Assembly (NCBI GenBank): GCA_964035545.1
Contig: OZ037765.1
Location: 32,797,504 to 32,861,503, forward strand
Length of the DNA stretch: 64,000 nt
Source of the DNA: Bugula neritina
Lineage: Eukaryota; Animalia; Bryozoa
Direction: 5' to 3'
Within the stretch, counting starts at the first letter, position 1; every line of letters starts with the position of its first letter. This document shows, piece by piece, positions 52,557 through 64,000 of this stretch. The notes under the pieces are model-generated. The model was not told where the DNA came from. It saw nothing but the letters and a program-made list of their open reading frames with translations, and made no database searches. Position numbers and translations under genes: made by a program.

Positions 52557-53830
52557 TTATATAACTTTTAAATTATTTCCATCGGAAGTAAGAGACATAG
52601 TTTTATCGGACAAAATTAGCACGTAAGCTTGAGTGTTAGCTGGCACGTTTTGACTAAATTGAACTCTCAATTGAATATCGGCTACGCTATTTTTAAGAGT
52701 CTCGCTTTGCTTACTAACGTCTATTACGAAAAATGAATAAAGATCTTTATATTCCGAAGGTAATACGTTTGAATAAGCGTTTAGCTCGTTTATACCGTAA
52801 TAATCTCTGCAAAATTTTGAAGCGTCTCCGTAAATTCTACTAAACTTCATTTTAGCAAAATCTATGTCGTAATCAACCTCGGGATACCGCTCGCTATTTA
52901 ACATCGCGTATATGCTTTTAACGTTTTGTGATCGAATACGGCCAGATTAGTCGTTTGACTTTTCGTCTTATTCGTTTGAAAACTTACGATAATATAATTA
53001 GGTTTTTCCTTATCTCCTCTAGAACCCAAACGCCACGTAAAGTTAGTAGTTTGCGGTACTGAAATACTATCACACCATCTAGATCTATATATTATCGGCA
53101 GTTGAGTTTTACTTTCTACAATCTTATAAAACTTATTTTTCATTTCAAAGTCAGGAGTTATGTGAGGCACCCACCACGACACTTTATTCAACGTTATTTT
53201 TCCCGCATCTACACCGTTAGCTCTATAGATGGCGTTATCGTCGGTATCGCGTACTAGCGTAAGTTGATGTTTTATGCCGTACAAAACTTTTTCGTAATCG
53301 TCGGCAAAACCAAACAAATACCTAAGATTTACCCTAATACTAAAAGTTAATTTAGGGTCGGGCTTTTGTATCAAATAAACCTGACGAGCCGCGAAACCTA
53401 AATTAGTAGCTGCGGCTTCGTTACTAGTGTCTTTTGACCACAACTGGTTAAGACCTCTCGACTTACCGTAATCGTCGGGATAAGTTAGCAAACCCATCAT
53501 GGTCGAAGTGTGACCAGGATTATTTATATATTCCAAGTCGTGTCCGTCGAGTTGATACCTAATACTTTTAAACAAATAAGCCATACCGTTATTCGTTAAC
53601 GTTATTAAGTCGGCGTAGGCGTAAGCGGTTCCGTCGGCTTTAGTCAAACAACCTTCGATAATCAAATAACTTTTACTCGGCTGAACGTATAAATCTTGGT
53701 AATTAATAACTATTCTAATTTCACAGGGGTTATTTACATTCGTTCCCGTTACGGGTTCGTATTCATGTACCCGATCGCGCTCTACGCTCGTATCGGTTAC
53801 AATTTTTTGCGTAATGTTCAAAGAGTCTAT
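52557..53830 (-). pseudogene. Major capsid protein (hexon-like double jelly roll), frameshifted near 52910, start ATG apparently mutated to ATA
   Basis: About 420 aa over two ORFs; PSKSYLIIEG, LRYLFGFADDY, KPNYIIVSFQ, LNSERYP, FVIDVSKQ. Confidence 0.8.
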
Positions 53831-53910
53831 TTAAATAAGGAAAAAAGTTAATAAGCTATAGCTTGACCGGAACCTTCTAAAATATTACTAATATTATTTC
53901 GCACTCCGTT

Positions 53911-54177
53911 TTACGCTTGTCGTTCAACCAGTTGACTAAGCGTATTTAATACGGCTCGATTTTTAGCGTTTAATTTTTTCTTTCGACTTGACTTTTTTGA
54001 TATCGCGCTAATAATTTTTTCACCGGCCGCGTTACCGGCTTTAGCTATAGCCTTTTTACCTAATTCTCTTACGCTAGAATTACTAGCTATTTTGCTTACT
54101 AAATTCCTAATGGTGTCAAATATTCCACCACCGGCGTAGTGTCTTTGTAATCGTTGTCTTTTATCGTAAACATACAT
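53911..54177 (-). CDS. Small basic Polinton virion protein with a GGG protease-cleavage-like site
   Basis: YAGGGIFDTIRNLVSK followed by an amphipathic, Lys-rich helix. Confidence 0.55.
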   Translation of the reverse strand: MYVYDKRQRLQRHYAGGGIFDTIRNLVSKIASNSSVRELGKKAIAKAGNAAGEKIISAISKKSSRKKKLNAKNRAVLNTLSQLVERQA

Positions 54178-54986
54178 TTATTATAGACGTAAAAGAATGT
54201 TTTATATTCGTCACGAATAATTTCTTTCATTCTAAGTAATTCGTCTAATATAGCTACGATTTCATTTTGTACACCCGTATGTCCGGCTTGAACGCTTGAA
54301 AATAAATGTTGAAGTCAGTCTACTAAAGCGTTGGGGTCTTGAGATAAATAAACTACTCCGCTTCCCCTCTTAGATATTTTACTATCGGCGCGTTTCGCTC
54401 TTTGCGGATATAATTGTTCCCAAATAGGTCTAACGATACGTCTCCACTTTTCACTATTCTTATCCTTAGAACTGTGTTTACTTTGATATATAGCGCCGCT
54501 ATTATCGAGTATATTAGCGTAATTCGCTAAATCATTATCATCGTATCCTATCGGCGTTTTACGCGTTAAAAGACTTAAAAGTCCTCTAGTCGCTTGATAT
54601 TCTTCGCCGTTAAAAATTATTTTACCATCGTTAAAGCTTATAGGTTTAGTACCGATAACGTGTCTATTACCGTCCCACTTTACGTTATAAGTGCCGGGTT
54701 CTAATCCCGCTAAAGCGTTTTGTGTAAATTCGTCCAAATTTATAACTCCGTCAGTTATAGCCGGTTGAACGTTATAATTGGGTAATGTAAGTAATTGTTT
54801 TAACGCGTCAGTCGTTTGCGCTTGCGAAGTCGTTACTGGTTTAAAATATTTTTCTTGAGCCATTGCGGCATTTAATTCTTGCTCGCGTTCTCGTTTAAAA
54901 TTTTCTTTTATTCTATTCTTTCGAGAAATAAAATGTTGTACGATCTTATCTCTTTTTATCAGGTCATCAATCTTTAAATAACTCAT
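54178..54986 (-). pseudogene. Polinton protein (frameshift at about 54315)
   Basis: ...GSGVVYLSQDPNALVD continues in another frame as LQHLFSSVQAGHTGVQNEIVAILDELL. Confidence 0.6.
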
Positions 54987-54993
54987 TTATATA

Positions 54994-55151
54994 GACACAA
55001 ATTTGTGTCCACTTTTGTGTCTAGTGTCCACTTTTGTGTCCATTTTTGTGTCTAGTGTCCACATTTGTGTCCACTTTTGTGTCCAGTGTCCACATTTGTG
55101 TCCACTTTTGTGTCCAGTGTCCACATTTGTGTCCACTTTTGTGTCCAGTGT
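54994..55151. repeat. Minisatellite of TTTGTGTCCAC / TGTCCAGTG units within the Polinton
   Basis: Directly visible, period about 31 bp; begins with the palindrome GACACAAATTTGTGTC. Confidence 0.9.
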
Positions 55152-57017
55152 TTATAACTGTTCTAAAGCGTCTAAATTTACCCACGAGTTTTGAGACTCG
55201 GGATAACCCAACCATTTTACTAAGGCCTTTTTACCTTTCTTTTTAATTACGCGCTCTATTCTATAAGTTTCTTGACTCGTCTTTTGTAATTCCTGTTTGT
55301 AAAAAGATCCTTGAATTTCTTCTCCTCCCAAATAAGTTAATTTATAAGTCGTTGGATTTGTATATAATATTTTACTTATAGTAAACACCTCCTCCGTCCA
55401 TCTAACGGTATAACCTTTTTCAAACGTTCGTTTCTTACGCGGTATATGCACTCTATCACCTATAGCGAATTTAGGTTTAGAAGGCGTGGGTAAGTTTGGA
55501 TATAATTTTATACGTACTTTATTTACGTTAGAGGGGTCACTAGCTTCAATTGGTGTCATTCCGGTAGACGAATGTTTAGTCTCGTTATACCGTTTTACTA
55601 AATCTTTTAATACGTCTATTTATCTATAGGTATTATTCGCCGAAAAATATTTAAACATTCGCTCTTTCATTGTTCTATTCCACCTTTCTACTACGCTAGA
55701 CTTTTCTTCATTTTCCGTAGAATATAAGTCTATTAAGGGCTTTACATCTTTATTATAAAACTCTTTTCCCTTGTCAACCCATAAATGTTGAGGCTTATGG
55801 AAAATTGTTTTTAAAGCTAAAGCAACGGCTTTACCGGTTTTATTTTTTAAAGGTATTATCCAACCGTATTTAGAAAACACGTCTATTACCGTTAATAAAT
55901 ATTTATAACCGTCGTTAATTTCAGCGAATTCAGTCATATCAACCAAGTCGGCCCCCCAAATATCATCAATACCCGATACCCAAACTCGTCTTTTACGAAA
56001 CTTCTTTTGTACGGGTTTATGCAATTCTTCGGCTAACTCATCCGTCCAACGAACTCCCCATCCAAAATGCTTTTTTGTTCCTATTACCGCCGAGGCAAAA
56101 CGACTGTGTCGCTGTTCGGCGGGTGTGGGATTAGGTATAGCTTTTAGTTTGTCTAGCATATTTTTATCACATATTTCGTTTCTAGTTTTAGTATCTTTAT
56201 TAAGTGCGTAACATATGTCGTGTTTCATAGCTATAGCGTCGTCTCGATCTACCGGTTTACTCCATTTTTTAGGAGTCATATCGTCATTCATACGCTTATC
56301 TAATTTAGTACCGGGACCTAAAAAATTATGATTGGGGTAATGCAATTCAACGGGTAAATTGTTTATTAAATTATTCATTAAACCCGACCCTTTTTTAATA
56401 AATGTAGTCTTTTTACATCCGCATTGACTGCAATTACCGTAACCCATTAGTCTTTTATTTTTACTTTCTCTTTCTCCATAATTGAGAGCTTTTGTTTTAA
56501 TTTTACACTTGAAGACCTCAAAGGAAAAATGGCATATGTCCAATTTTGCAAATTTTCACAAATTGAAAATTAAAATTTGGAAACTTGCAACTGCTATCGA
56601 TATGAATCAATTCTAACCAAATTTGATATTATGGTTTTTGAACATGTTTCAAACAACTAGACAAAAAGAAATTTGACCAAGTTTACATAAAATACACAAT
56701 TTGCTAGTCTAAAAATATTTCACATGCGCACCGTCATTAGTCAATTGTTATCACATGACTGGACATAAGTTATTTTTCTTTTGTGATGACTGGACATAGG
56801 TTATTTTTCTTTTGTGATGACTGGACATAGGTCTTTGTTGCTTTGGGGTGGGTTTCAAATCCAGCCTTAAAACCATGGACAAAATTTGTTTTTCTCTTTG
56901 ATAATTTTATGACTAAAACTTTAATACTTGAGCTATCCAAGGGAAGAAAAATCTCATTTTTTTTTAAAATGGACAAATGTCGTTTTTCTTTTGAGGTCTT
57001 CACTTACAACAATACAT
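55152..57017 (-). pseudogene. Polinton retroviral-type integrase with N-terminal Zn ribbon and PLA2-like domain and C-terminal chromodomain; interrupted by a MITE and a stop at 55620
   Basis: Reconstructed MYCCKCK...CSQCG; NFLGPGT...AMKHDICY; WGADLVD, WVDKGKEF, VVERWNRT; LVKWLGYPESQNSWV. Confidence 0.9.
56511..57001. mobile_element. MITE (491 bp) with a 4-bp TSD, possibly Sola-type
   Basis: About 31-bp TIR GAAGACCTCAAA(G/A)GAAAAA..., TSD ACTT, internal 31-bp tandem repeat. Superfamily uncertain. Confidence 0.75.
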
Positions 57018-57029
57018 TTATTATAATAA

Positions 57030-57566
57030 ATGGAAATAGAAAATCTTTTGTGGAAAAACGAAATTAATCGTAATAATAATCCTTTACTTCCTAAAAGCAT
57101 AAGAGGACTTATCGTTGGAAAGTCTGGATGCGGTAAAACTACGTTACTTTGTAACTTACTATTACAACCTAATTGGCTCGATTACGATAAACTTATGATT
57201 TACGGTAAAAGTCTTTCTAAACCCAAATATATAAATATGAAAAAAGCTTTCGAGCTCGGACTAACTAAAGAAGAAATTTTAAATTTCTTTAAAAATTGTG
57301 AAACGATAGTAAATTCGGGTATAAACGTAAATCGTATTTTAAAAAATTACACTATGGGTAACGGTAATATAAACGCTGAATTTATCGAATCTAGTGACGA
57401 CGTTTATGACCCTAGTGAATTAGACGCTAGTAATAAAAATTTAATAATATTCGATGATTTAATGTTGGAAAAACAAAAAACTTGCGAAAGTTATTGTACA
57501 ACGAGCAATGGTAATATAATAGAATCTACAGAATCTCAACCCACATTTCCAAGTTATAACGTTTAA
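57030..57566 (+). pseudogene. Packaging ATPase (A32/FtsK-like), truncated after Walker B
   Basis: GKSGCGKT and LIIFDD; runs into the right TIR. Confidence 0.85.
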
Positions 57567-58352
57567 ACACTGTTGCATATTAAATTATTATATTCTCAGC
57601 GTATAATAATTTATTACATCAACTCGAAAATTATATTTATCTTCTTTAAAAAACTAGTAAAATAATTATACTAGTAGTAGGAAGTGGTTGCGTTCTGGAA
57701 CAGCACCCTGACACCGGAGAGTCGAAGACTCGGCGGGGGAAGGGGGTTGTCCCAGAACCAACTACTTCCTACTACTACTACTTCACAACGTAATTATTAC
57801 CTTCCTTTATAATGTATTTATACACAACTTATAGAATATAAAATAATATACAGGATACAGAGTATAGCTTTATATTTAAACTTTTCAGGCTTAGCCTTAG
57901 ATTCCTGTATTATACAATAAAATGATAAGGGTGCAGTGTAAATATTTATGGAGCCACCCTCTCTCTTGACTCTGAATAGAAATATGAATGAACTTGTACT
58001 TTCCTACAAGATAACCATAGGGAAAAGATTTATTAAATGAGTTTCAATGCAAATAAATTGTAACATAGAAGATATGATTATCCATGTGAATTTATTCTAT
58101 AGCATGGATAGTTCAAATTAATCTGTAGCAACTATTACTTGGTAAGTCGTGAGAATGAAACTAATCGTGTTAATTTACTTCATATATAGTACACTTACAT
58201 TTATATTTCGGGTTTAGTATGTTAACACTTCATAGACACTAGCCTTTAGGGGAGGGTGAATAATAAAAACGCACTACATACCTAAGGATAGCATAACACA
58301 ACCAATCTAATTAGATGCCGCTATCCAGCTGCACTTATCCAATTGCGCTCTC

Positions 58353-61300
58353 TGTTGTAATATTTACACAGTTTATGTAAACTTGGAGTTACCTTTTCTT
58401 GATGTTTTAACTGATCAATTATTATTCTGTTTTTGAAAATAATAGTCACTTCCTGTTTGACTAACTATAGTGCTTGATTAAAACAATTTGAAGATGAAAA
58501 CTAATCCACTAATAATTGCTAGATAAATAGACATCAAGAGAATAAAACATGGTGGCAGCGTAATTTGATGGTTAGTTTAAAAGATGGAAGGCATTTCACC
58601 ACCTGGACAATTGAATTTAAGGGCAGAAGATTTGTCAGGAGAATGGCGGCGTTGGATTAGGTCATTTGAGGATTATTTGCTAGCAATAGACCTAACTGCT
58701 AACTCAAGAGCCGCAGAAAAAAGGAAATTAGCCTTATTCAGACATTGTGGTGGTGAAGATGTACGTGAAATTTATTCTCAAATGGAATTTAATCTAGAAG
58801 TTAGTGGAGAAATTACTGAAATTGAAGAAGGGGTTGATGGGAGAAAGCTAGAAGATGTAATTAAGCGTTTTCATGAGTACTGTAATCCTCGCACTAGTAT
58901 TGTGCTGAATAGATTTCAATTTCACAACAGTAGCCAAAGTGGAGATACAATTGATGTATACTTGATGAAATTACGAAGGCTGGCGGAAGGTTGTGAATTT
59001 GGCAATCAAAGAGATTCAATGATAAGAGATAAACTGCTTTTTGGAATTAATGATTCAAATGAAAGAGAAAAATTAATGAAAGAGGTTGATGAAAAACTAA
59101 GTTTAGATTTTGTGATTAAGTCGCTGAGAGTAGCTGAGAAGTCTACAAGGCCTAAAGCGATGACGCTACCAGACCCCAAACCCGAGGAAGTGAACGGAGT
59201 GCAAAATGTCGATAATAGGAAGTCAAGAATCCCTTCTGAAGTTGCTTATGATAAACATTCTAAGAACCGATGTGAACAATGTGGGAAAAGCCATTACAAA
59301 AATCAGAGATGTCCAGCTTATGGAACTAAATGTGCGAAATGCAATAAATTTAACCATTGAGCCAGAGTGTGTAGAAATTTGAATAGAGTTAATGAAGTAC
59401 AGCCAGAAAAGGGTGACACAGATTTTTATTTAGAAGAGACACATCTCATTAACTCTATAGATTCTCAATCCTGGTACACCAATCTCAGAGTAAGCACCAA
59501 CAAACACAAAGGACAAAGGATCAAATTTAAATTAGATACTGGTGCGTCTCTTAGTGTATGTGGTCCACATCACATCTCAGGGGAGCTAATCTCAACTAGC
59601 AAAAAATTGTACGGCCCAGGGCAGACACTTTTGACATGTTTAGGAACAATAAAGTGCCAGATAACATCAAAGAATGAGCGCATAAATGAAGACCTTTATG
59701 TTATTCAAGATCAAACCACACCATTGCTTAGCCGTAGTGCATGTGAGAAATTAAGCCTCATCTCTGTGGATTCATCTCAATGCCAAATAGAGAATGTGTG
59801 TGTTGATGAGAAGCTGTTCCAAGGATTGGGGAAAGTAAATACAGAGCATGTCATTACGTTGAAAGGAGATGCTAAACCATTTGCTATCCATGTTCCCAGA
59901 CCCATACCTTTTCCTAGAAGAAAGTTAGCAGATGAAGCATTGATGAAAATGATTGAAGATGGAGTAATTGTTAAAGTTGATGAACCTACTCCATGGGTGG
60001 CACCTATGGTAGTAGTTCCTAAACCTGGCCAAAACAAGGTGAGAATTTGCACAGATTATACCGAGTTAAACAAGCATATTTTGAGAGAGTTCCATCCCAT
60101 GGCAACAGTAGATAGCAGCTTAGCTCAATTAGGACAAGGACAAATTTTTTCCAAGATTGATGCAAACAGTGGATTTTGGCAAATTCCTTTAAGCAAAGAA
60201 TCTAGCAAACTAACAACATTTCTGACTCATTCTGGACGATATCGCTATTTGCGACTGCCTCAAGGCCTATGCAGTGCTCCAGAGATTTCTGTTGCTGAAA
60301 TGAACAATATTTTGAAGGATGTTGATGGTGTGGTTATACATATGGATGACATTCTGGTTTTTGGTGAGAGCAAGGAACAACATGACACAAGATTGCAAAT
60401 AGTGTTGGAAAAACTTAAAGCTTCAGGCATTACGCTCAATAAAGACAAATGTAAATTTGGAGTACCATCTGTTAATTTTCTTGGTTATGTCATAGATCAG
60501 TCTGGTATACATGTTGGCCCTCGAGTTCAAGGAATAGTAGATTTTCCTACTCCGAAAAATGTAACTTCAGTACGAAGTTTTCTTGGAATGGCCAACCAGT
60601 ATGCTAAGTTTTCCGAGGAATTAGCTGCTGTGAGTGAACCAATTAGAATGCTGTTGAAGAAAGAGGTTCCATGGCACTGGTCCAGCAAACAAGAAAACTC
60701 CTTCAAGAGGATAAAAGAAATATTTCAAAATGCACCAGTTTTAGCAGTCTATGATGTAGACAAAGACACCATAATCATAACAGATGCTAGCAATGCAGGT
60801 CTAGGAGCAACACTCTGTCAAATTCAACAGGATGGCTCTCGGCGCTTGATATCTGCTGCAAGTCGTTCTTTAACAGAGACCGAAAAGCGTTATGCAGCCA
60901 TAGAAAAAGAAAGTTTAGCAGTCTGTTGGGCTATGGAAAAGTTTTCTCCATATATACTAGGTATGAAGAATGTGGTTATTGAAACTGATCACCGTCCACT
61001 AGTTACTTTGTTTGGGAATATCTTTCTAGACAGGCTTCCACCAAGAATTCAAGGGTTTAAACTTAGACTTCAAAGATTTCAGTATACTATCAGACATGTG
61101 AGGGGGTCTAAGAATGTTGCAGCTGATGCTCTCTCCAGGTATAACACTGCTGAAGCGAACGAGATTGATGCAGCAAGAGAAATGGAAATTGAACTTTATA
61201 TTGATAACATCTACCAACATGGATCTGATAGCAGGTTGGAGCAGCTTCGTTTAGAACAGCATGAAGATGAAATACTGTCAAAAGTAATCAAATTAGTAGA

Positions 61301-62707
61301 AAATGGATGGCCAGGGTATTTGTCCACTGAAGATGTTCTTCTGAAGCCTTATTTTGAAAGAAGATCTCTTTTAACAATAAACAAAGGATTCTTGACACTT
61401 GGCAATCGTTTGGTAATACCGTTAGCTCAAAGAGAACAGGTGTTGCAAGATTTACATAGAGGACACTTGGGCATTACAAAATGTCAAGCACGGGCTAGAG
61501 ATAGCGTGTGGTGGCCTTCTATGTCAAAGGCTATTGAGGCTATGATCAGCAATTGTGCTGAATGCAAAATCCATGCAGCTAAAATTACAGAGCCATTACG
61601 TCCTTCTGCAACTCCAGATAGACCTTGGCAACACCTTAGCACTGATTTGTTGACTTATAAAGGCCAAGTATACCTTCTGGTTATTGATAATTATTCAAGG
61701 TATCCTGAACTTGCCTTGCTGGGAAACTCTGACTTTTCTTCAAGTAAAGTAATAACACACCTAAAATTTATTTTTTCACGACATGGCATACCTGAAATAC
61801 TATTGTCAGATAACGGCCCGCAATATGCAAGTGCAGAATTTAAACATTTTTCTGTCGAGTATGGATTTACCCATGTGACTAGCAGTCCACATTATCACAG
61901 AGCGAATGGAGCAGCTGAGCGAGGAGTAAGGACCATCAAAAGCATGCTTGCAAAAGAGAAAGATCCTTATTTGGCTTTGTTAGCCTATAGATCCTCACCG
62001 CAGTTTAGCTCATACTCTCCAGCAGAATTGTTAATGGGTAGAAAATTGAGATCCACTGTACCCATCCATCCGGATAAGCTTAAACCTGAACTCCCTGACC
62101 ATGACTTATTCAAAAGGAGCAACGATCAGTATAAAGAGAAAATGAAAGAAAATCATGACAAAAATCCTAAAGTGCGCCCTCTTTTGCCAGTAAATAAAGG
62201 AGACAATATGATGGTGAGAGATATGCAAAGAGAAGGCTATGCTGCCTCTTCTTCAGATAATATTACTCGTCGAACAAATGTCATGACTGACACTGGACCT
62301 TTAATACGTAACAGAGCTGATATAACTAATATCCCAACACGATGTTCTGAGCGAACCAGAAAAGTGCCACGCTACTTAACAGATTTTGATTGTACATAAT
62401 TTATTATCCACGCCTGTAATATAAGTTGCACTTGATTTAATTACTGTTGTCAAACCTTTTCTTTTGTGTGTTTTTTTTTTGGTTGTTGTAGCCTGAAACT
62501 AAAGAGGGGATGTTGTAATATTTACACAGTTTATGTAAACTTGGAGTTACCTTTTCTTGATGTTTTAACTGATCAATTATTATTCTGTTTTTGAAAATAA
62601 TAGTCACTTCCTGTTTGACTAACTATAGTGCTTGATTAAAACAATTTGAAGATGAAAACTAATCCACTAATAATTGCTAGATAAATAGACATCAAGAGAA
62701 TAAAACA
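58353..62707 (+). mobile_element. Full-length young Gypsy (Mag-like) LTR-retrotransposon: LTRs 58353-58549 and 62511-62707
   Basis: 197-bp LTRs identical by eye, TSD CTCTC, PBS TGGTGGCAGCG (tRNA-Leu), PPT AAAGAGGGGA. Confidence 0.97.
58584..62399 (+). CDS. Gag-Pol polyprotein in a single frame with one TGA at 59358-59360
   Basis: Two zinc knuckles, LDTGA protease, HMDD RT, TDAS RNaseH, HHCC plus SDNGPQ integrase. Confidence 0.93.
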
Positions 62708-63667
62708 CTCTCAACCCACTATAATTAGTTAGTCTCCTCATTGTTCACAGCGTACCTTGTTAGTATAGCAATGTAAACACTAGTAGGCCGAACATATTAG
62801 GGACGCTAAGCATTAGGATAATTGTCTTTCGATATACACAGGAGCACAACTCCTTACAATATTACTGACTCTAAGCATTACTATTGGTTACCATTAGCTG
62901 TAATGCTCTTGTTACAAGTGGTTCTTGCTTTATAGCAGTTGTAGGTGTTATTACAGTACTCTTTTATTAGAGATTAAATATTATCAAGCTGAGCTATATT
63001 ATTTTCCTGTAAAATTCGTTTGTAATAAAAACTTGTGTACAAGTGCCTCTCATTCTAAAAAGATAATTTCATTGTTTGAAAAGTTTCACTTTTTTATTTT
63101 TTAAAGGCTTACTTTAAAAAATTCAACTTTTTCTCAAAAATCTTTTGAGAATAATTTCTTATTAAATTCTCTATCTAACAAAAATTAGAAAAATAATTTG
63201 AGCTTGAAAATGTTGTATTTACTCAAAGAAACTCCGTTAAAGTTTCATGAATGCATGTTAGTCCACATCTTTCAAATATATATAATTTCAAACTTCTCAT
63301 GGTATTTCTAAAAATTGCAAGAAACTGGACAAGTTGTTTTGGCTGAGTTGTTTTGCCTTTTAGTTTAAGTAAGCCAGGAAAAGAATACATTTTGTAGTTA
63401 AGGTTTAATTGTTCAAAGTATTTGTAAGCTTCAAATAGAAATTGGTATTTCAATAATTTTTTATTTTGCTTTTCGTTCCAATTCTCTATTTCAACAAATA
63501 TGATGCGATGTAGGTCAAATAAATTTAAACGTTAAAAATTACATGCAATAGCTGATACATCCTAAAACATGCAGTTGTGACTTCCTGCCTATATCTGTAT
63601 TGCATAAAATACTTTTATTTGCATTTAATTTTAGTCTCTTCTCACTATGCATATCTTTATATTACAG

Positions 63668-63805
63668 TCTCAGTCAGCTGACTCAGTTAGAGAGACTAGA
63701 CATAGGAGATAATTCTTTCAACACAGTACCAGAAGTTGTGTCATCACTCACGTCACTTAAACAGTTGAATATGAGTAGATGTGATATAGCCAGTCTACCT
63801 GAGAG
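63668..63805 (+). CDS. LRR exon E16 (138 nt): LERLDIGDNSF...LKQLNMSRCDIA
   Basis: tattacag acceptor, GAGAG|gtttct donor, open frame. Confidence 0.9.
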
Positions 63806-64000
63806 GTTTCTGTTTATTACTACTTTACAACATAGTTATTGCCTTCTTTTAATTTATATTTATACACAGCTTATAATATATAACATAATATGCAGTATAT
63901 AAAAGTTTAGCTCAAAATTTAGACTCAGTCTAAGTTTGTGGAAAAATACAATGGGATGTGAAGGGCGGAGTGTAATACGATATAAAAAGTTATCCTATAT

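Larger units (their letters stand above)
45138..57776. mobile_element. Polinton/Maverick (adintovirus-like) endogenous viral element, 12.6 kb, decayed
   Basis: About 214-bp TIRs starting AGTAGTAGG, 6-bp TSD ACTACT (45132-45137, 57777-57782); pPolB, protease, capsid, integrase and ATPase genes; the host intron resumes at 57783. Confidence 0.96.

Noticed and set aside
55003-55246. Cys/His- or GHK-repeat ORFs
   Set aside because: Translation of the Polinton minisatellite.

Overview
AT-rich eukaryotic DNA, most likely from an invertebrate animal (inferred from the transposon set and GT-AG introns). The host component is part of one large + strand gene built from at least 16 tandem, near-identical leucine-rich-repeat exons (13169-63805). 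Each exon is 138 nt (two are 141 nt, two are 129 nt), encodes two 23-aa LRRs and is symmetric phase 2-2. All are stop-free and total 2196 nt, about 732 aa or 32 LRRs. Variation is concentrated at the solvent-exposed positions of the LxxLxLxxN strand, while a central core is nearly invariant at nucleotide level. This suggests a modular, diversifying immune or recognition receptor locus. The N- and C-terminal exons are not visible in the window. The introns hold a nested set of mobile elements, most with identifiable termini and target-site duplications (TSDs): Gypsy (one near-intact with identical LTRs), BEL/Pao, Kolobok with an intact spliced KolX gene, a P element plus an apparent P excision footprint, Academ with 1.19-kb inverted arms, CACTA-like, Harbinger-like, piggyBac-like and Sola-like MITEs, and a 12.6-kb decayed Polinton/Maverick (adintovirus-like) element. 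Coordinates were read by eye; family assignments rest on motif recognition, not database searches.
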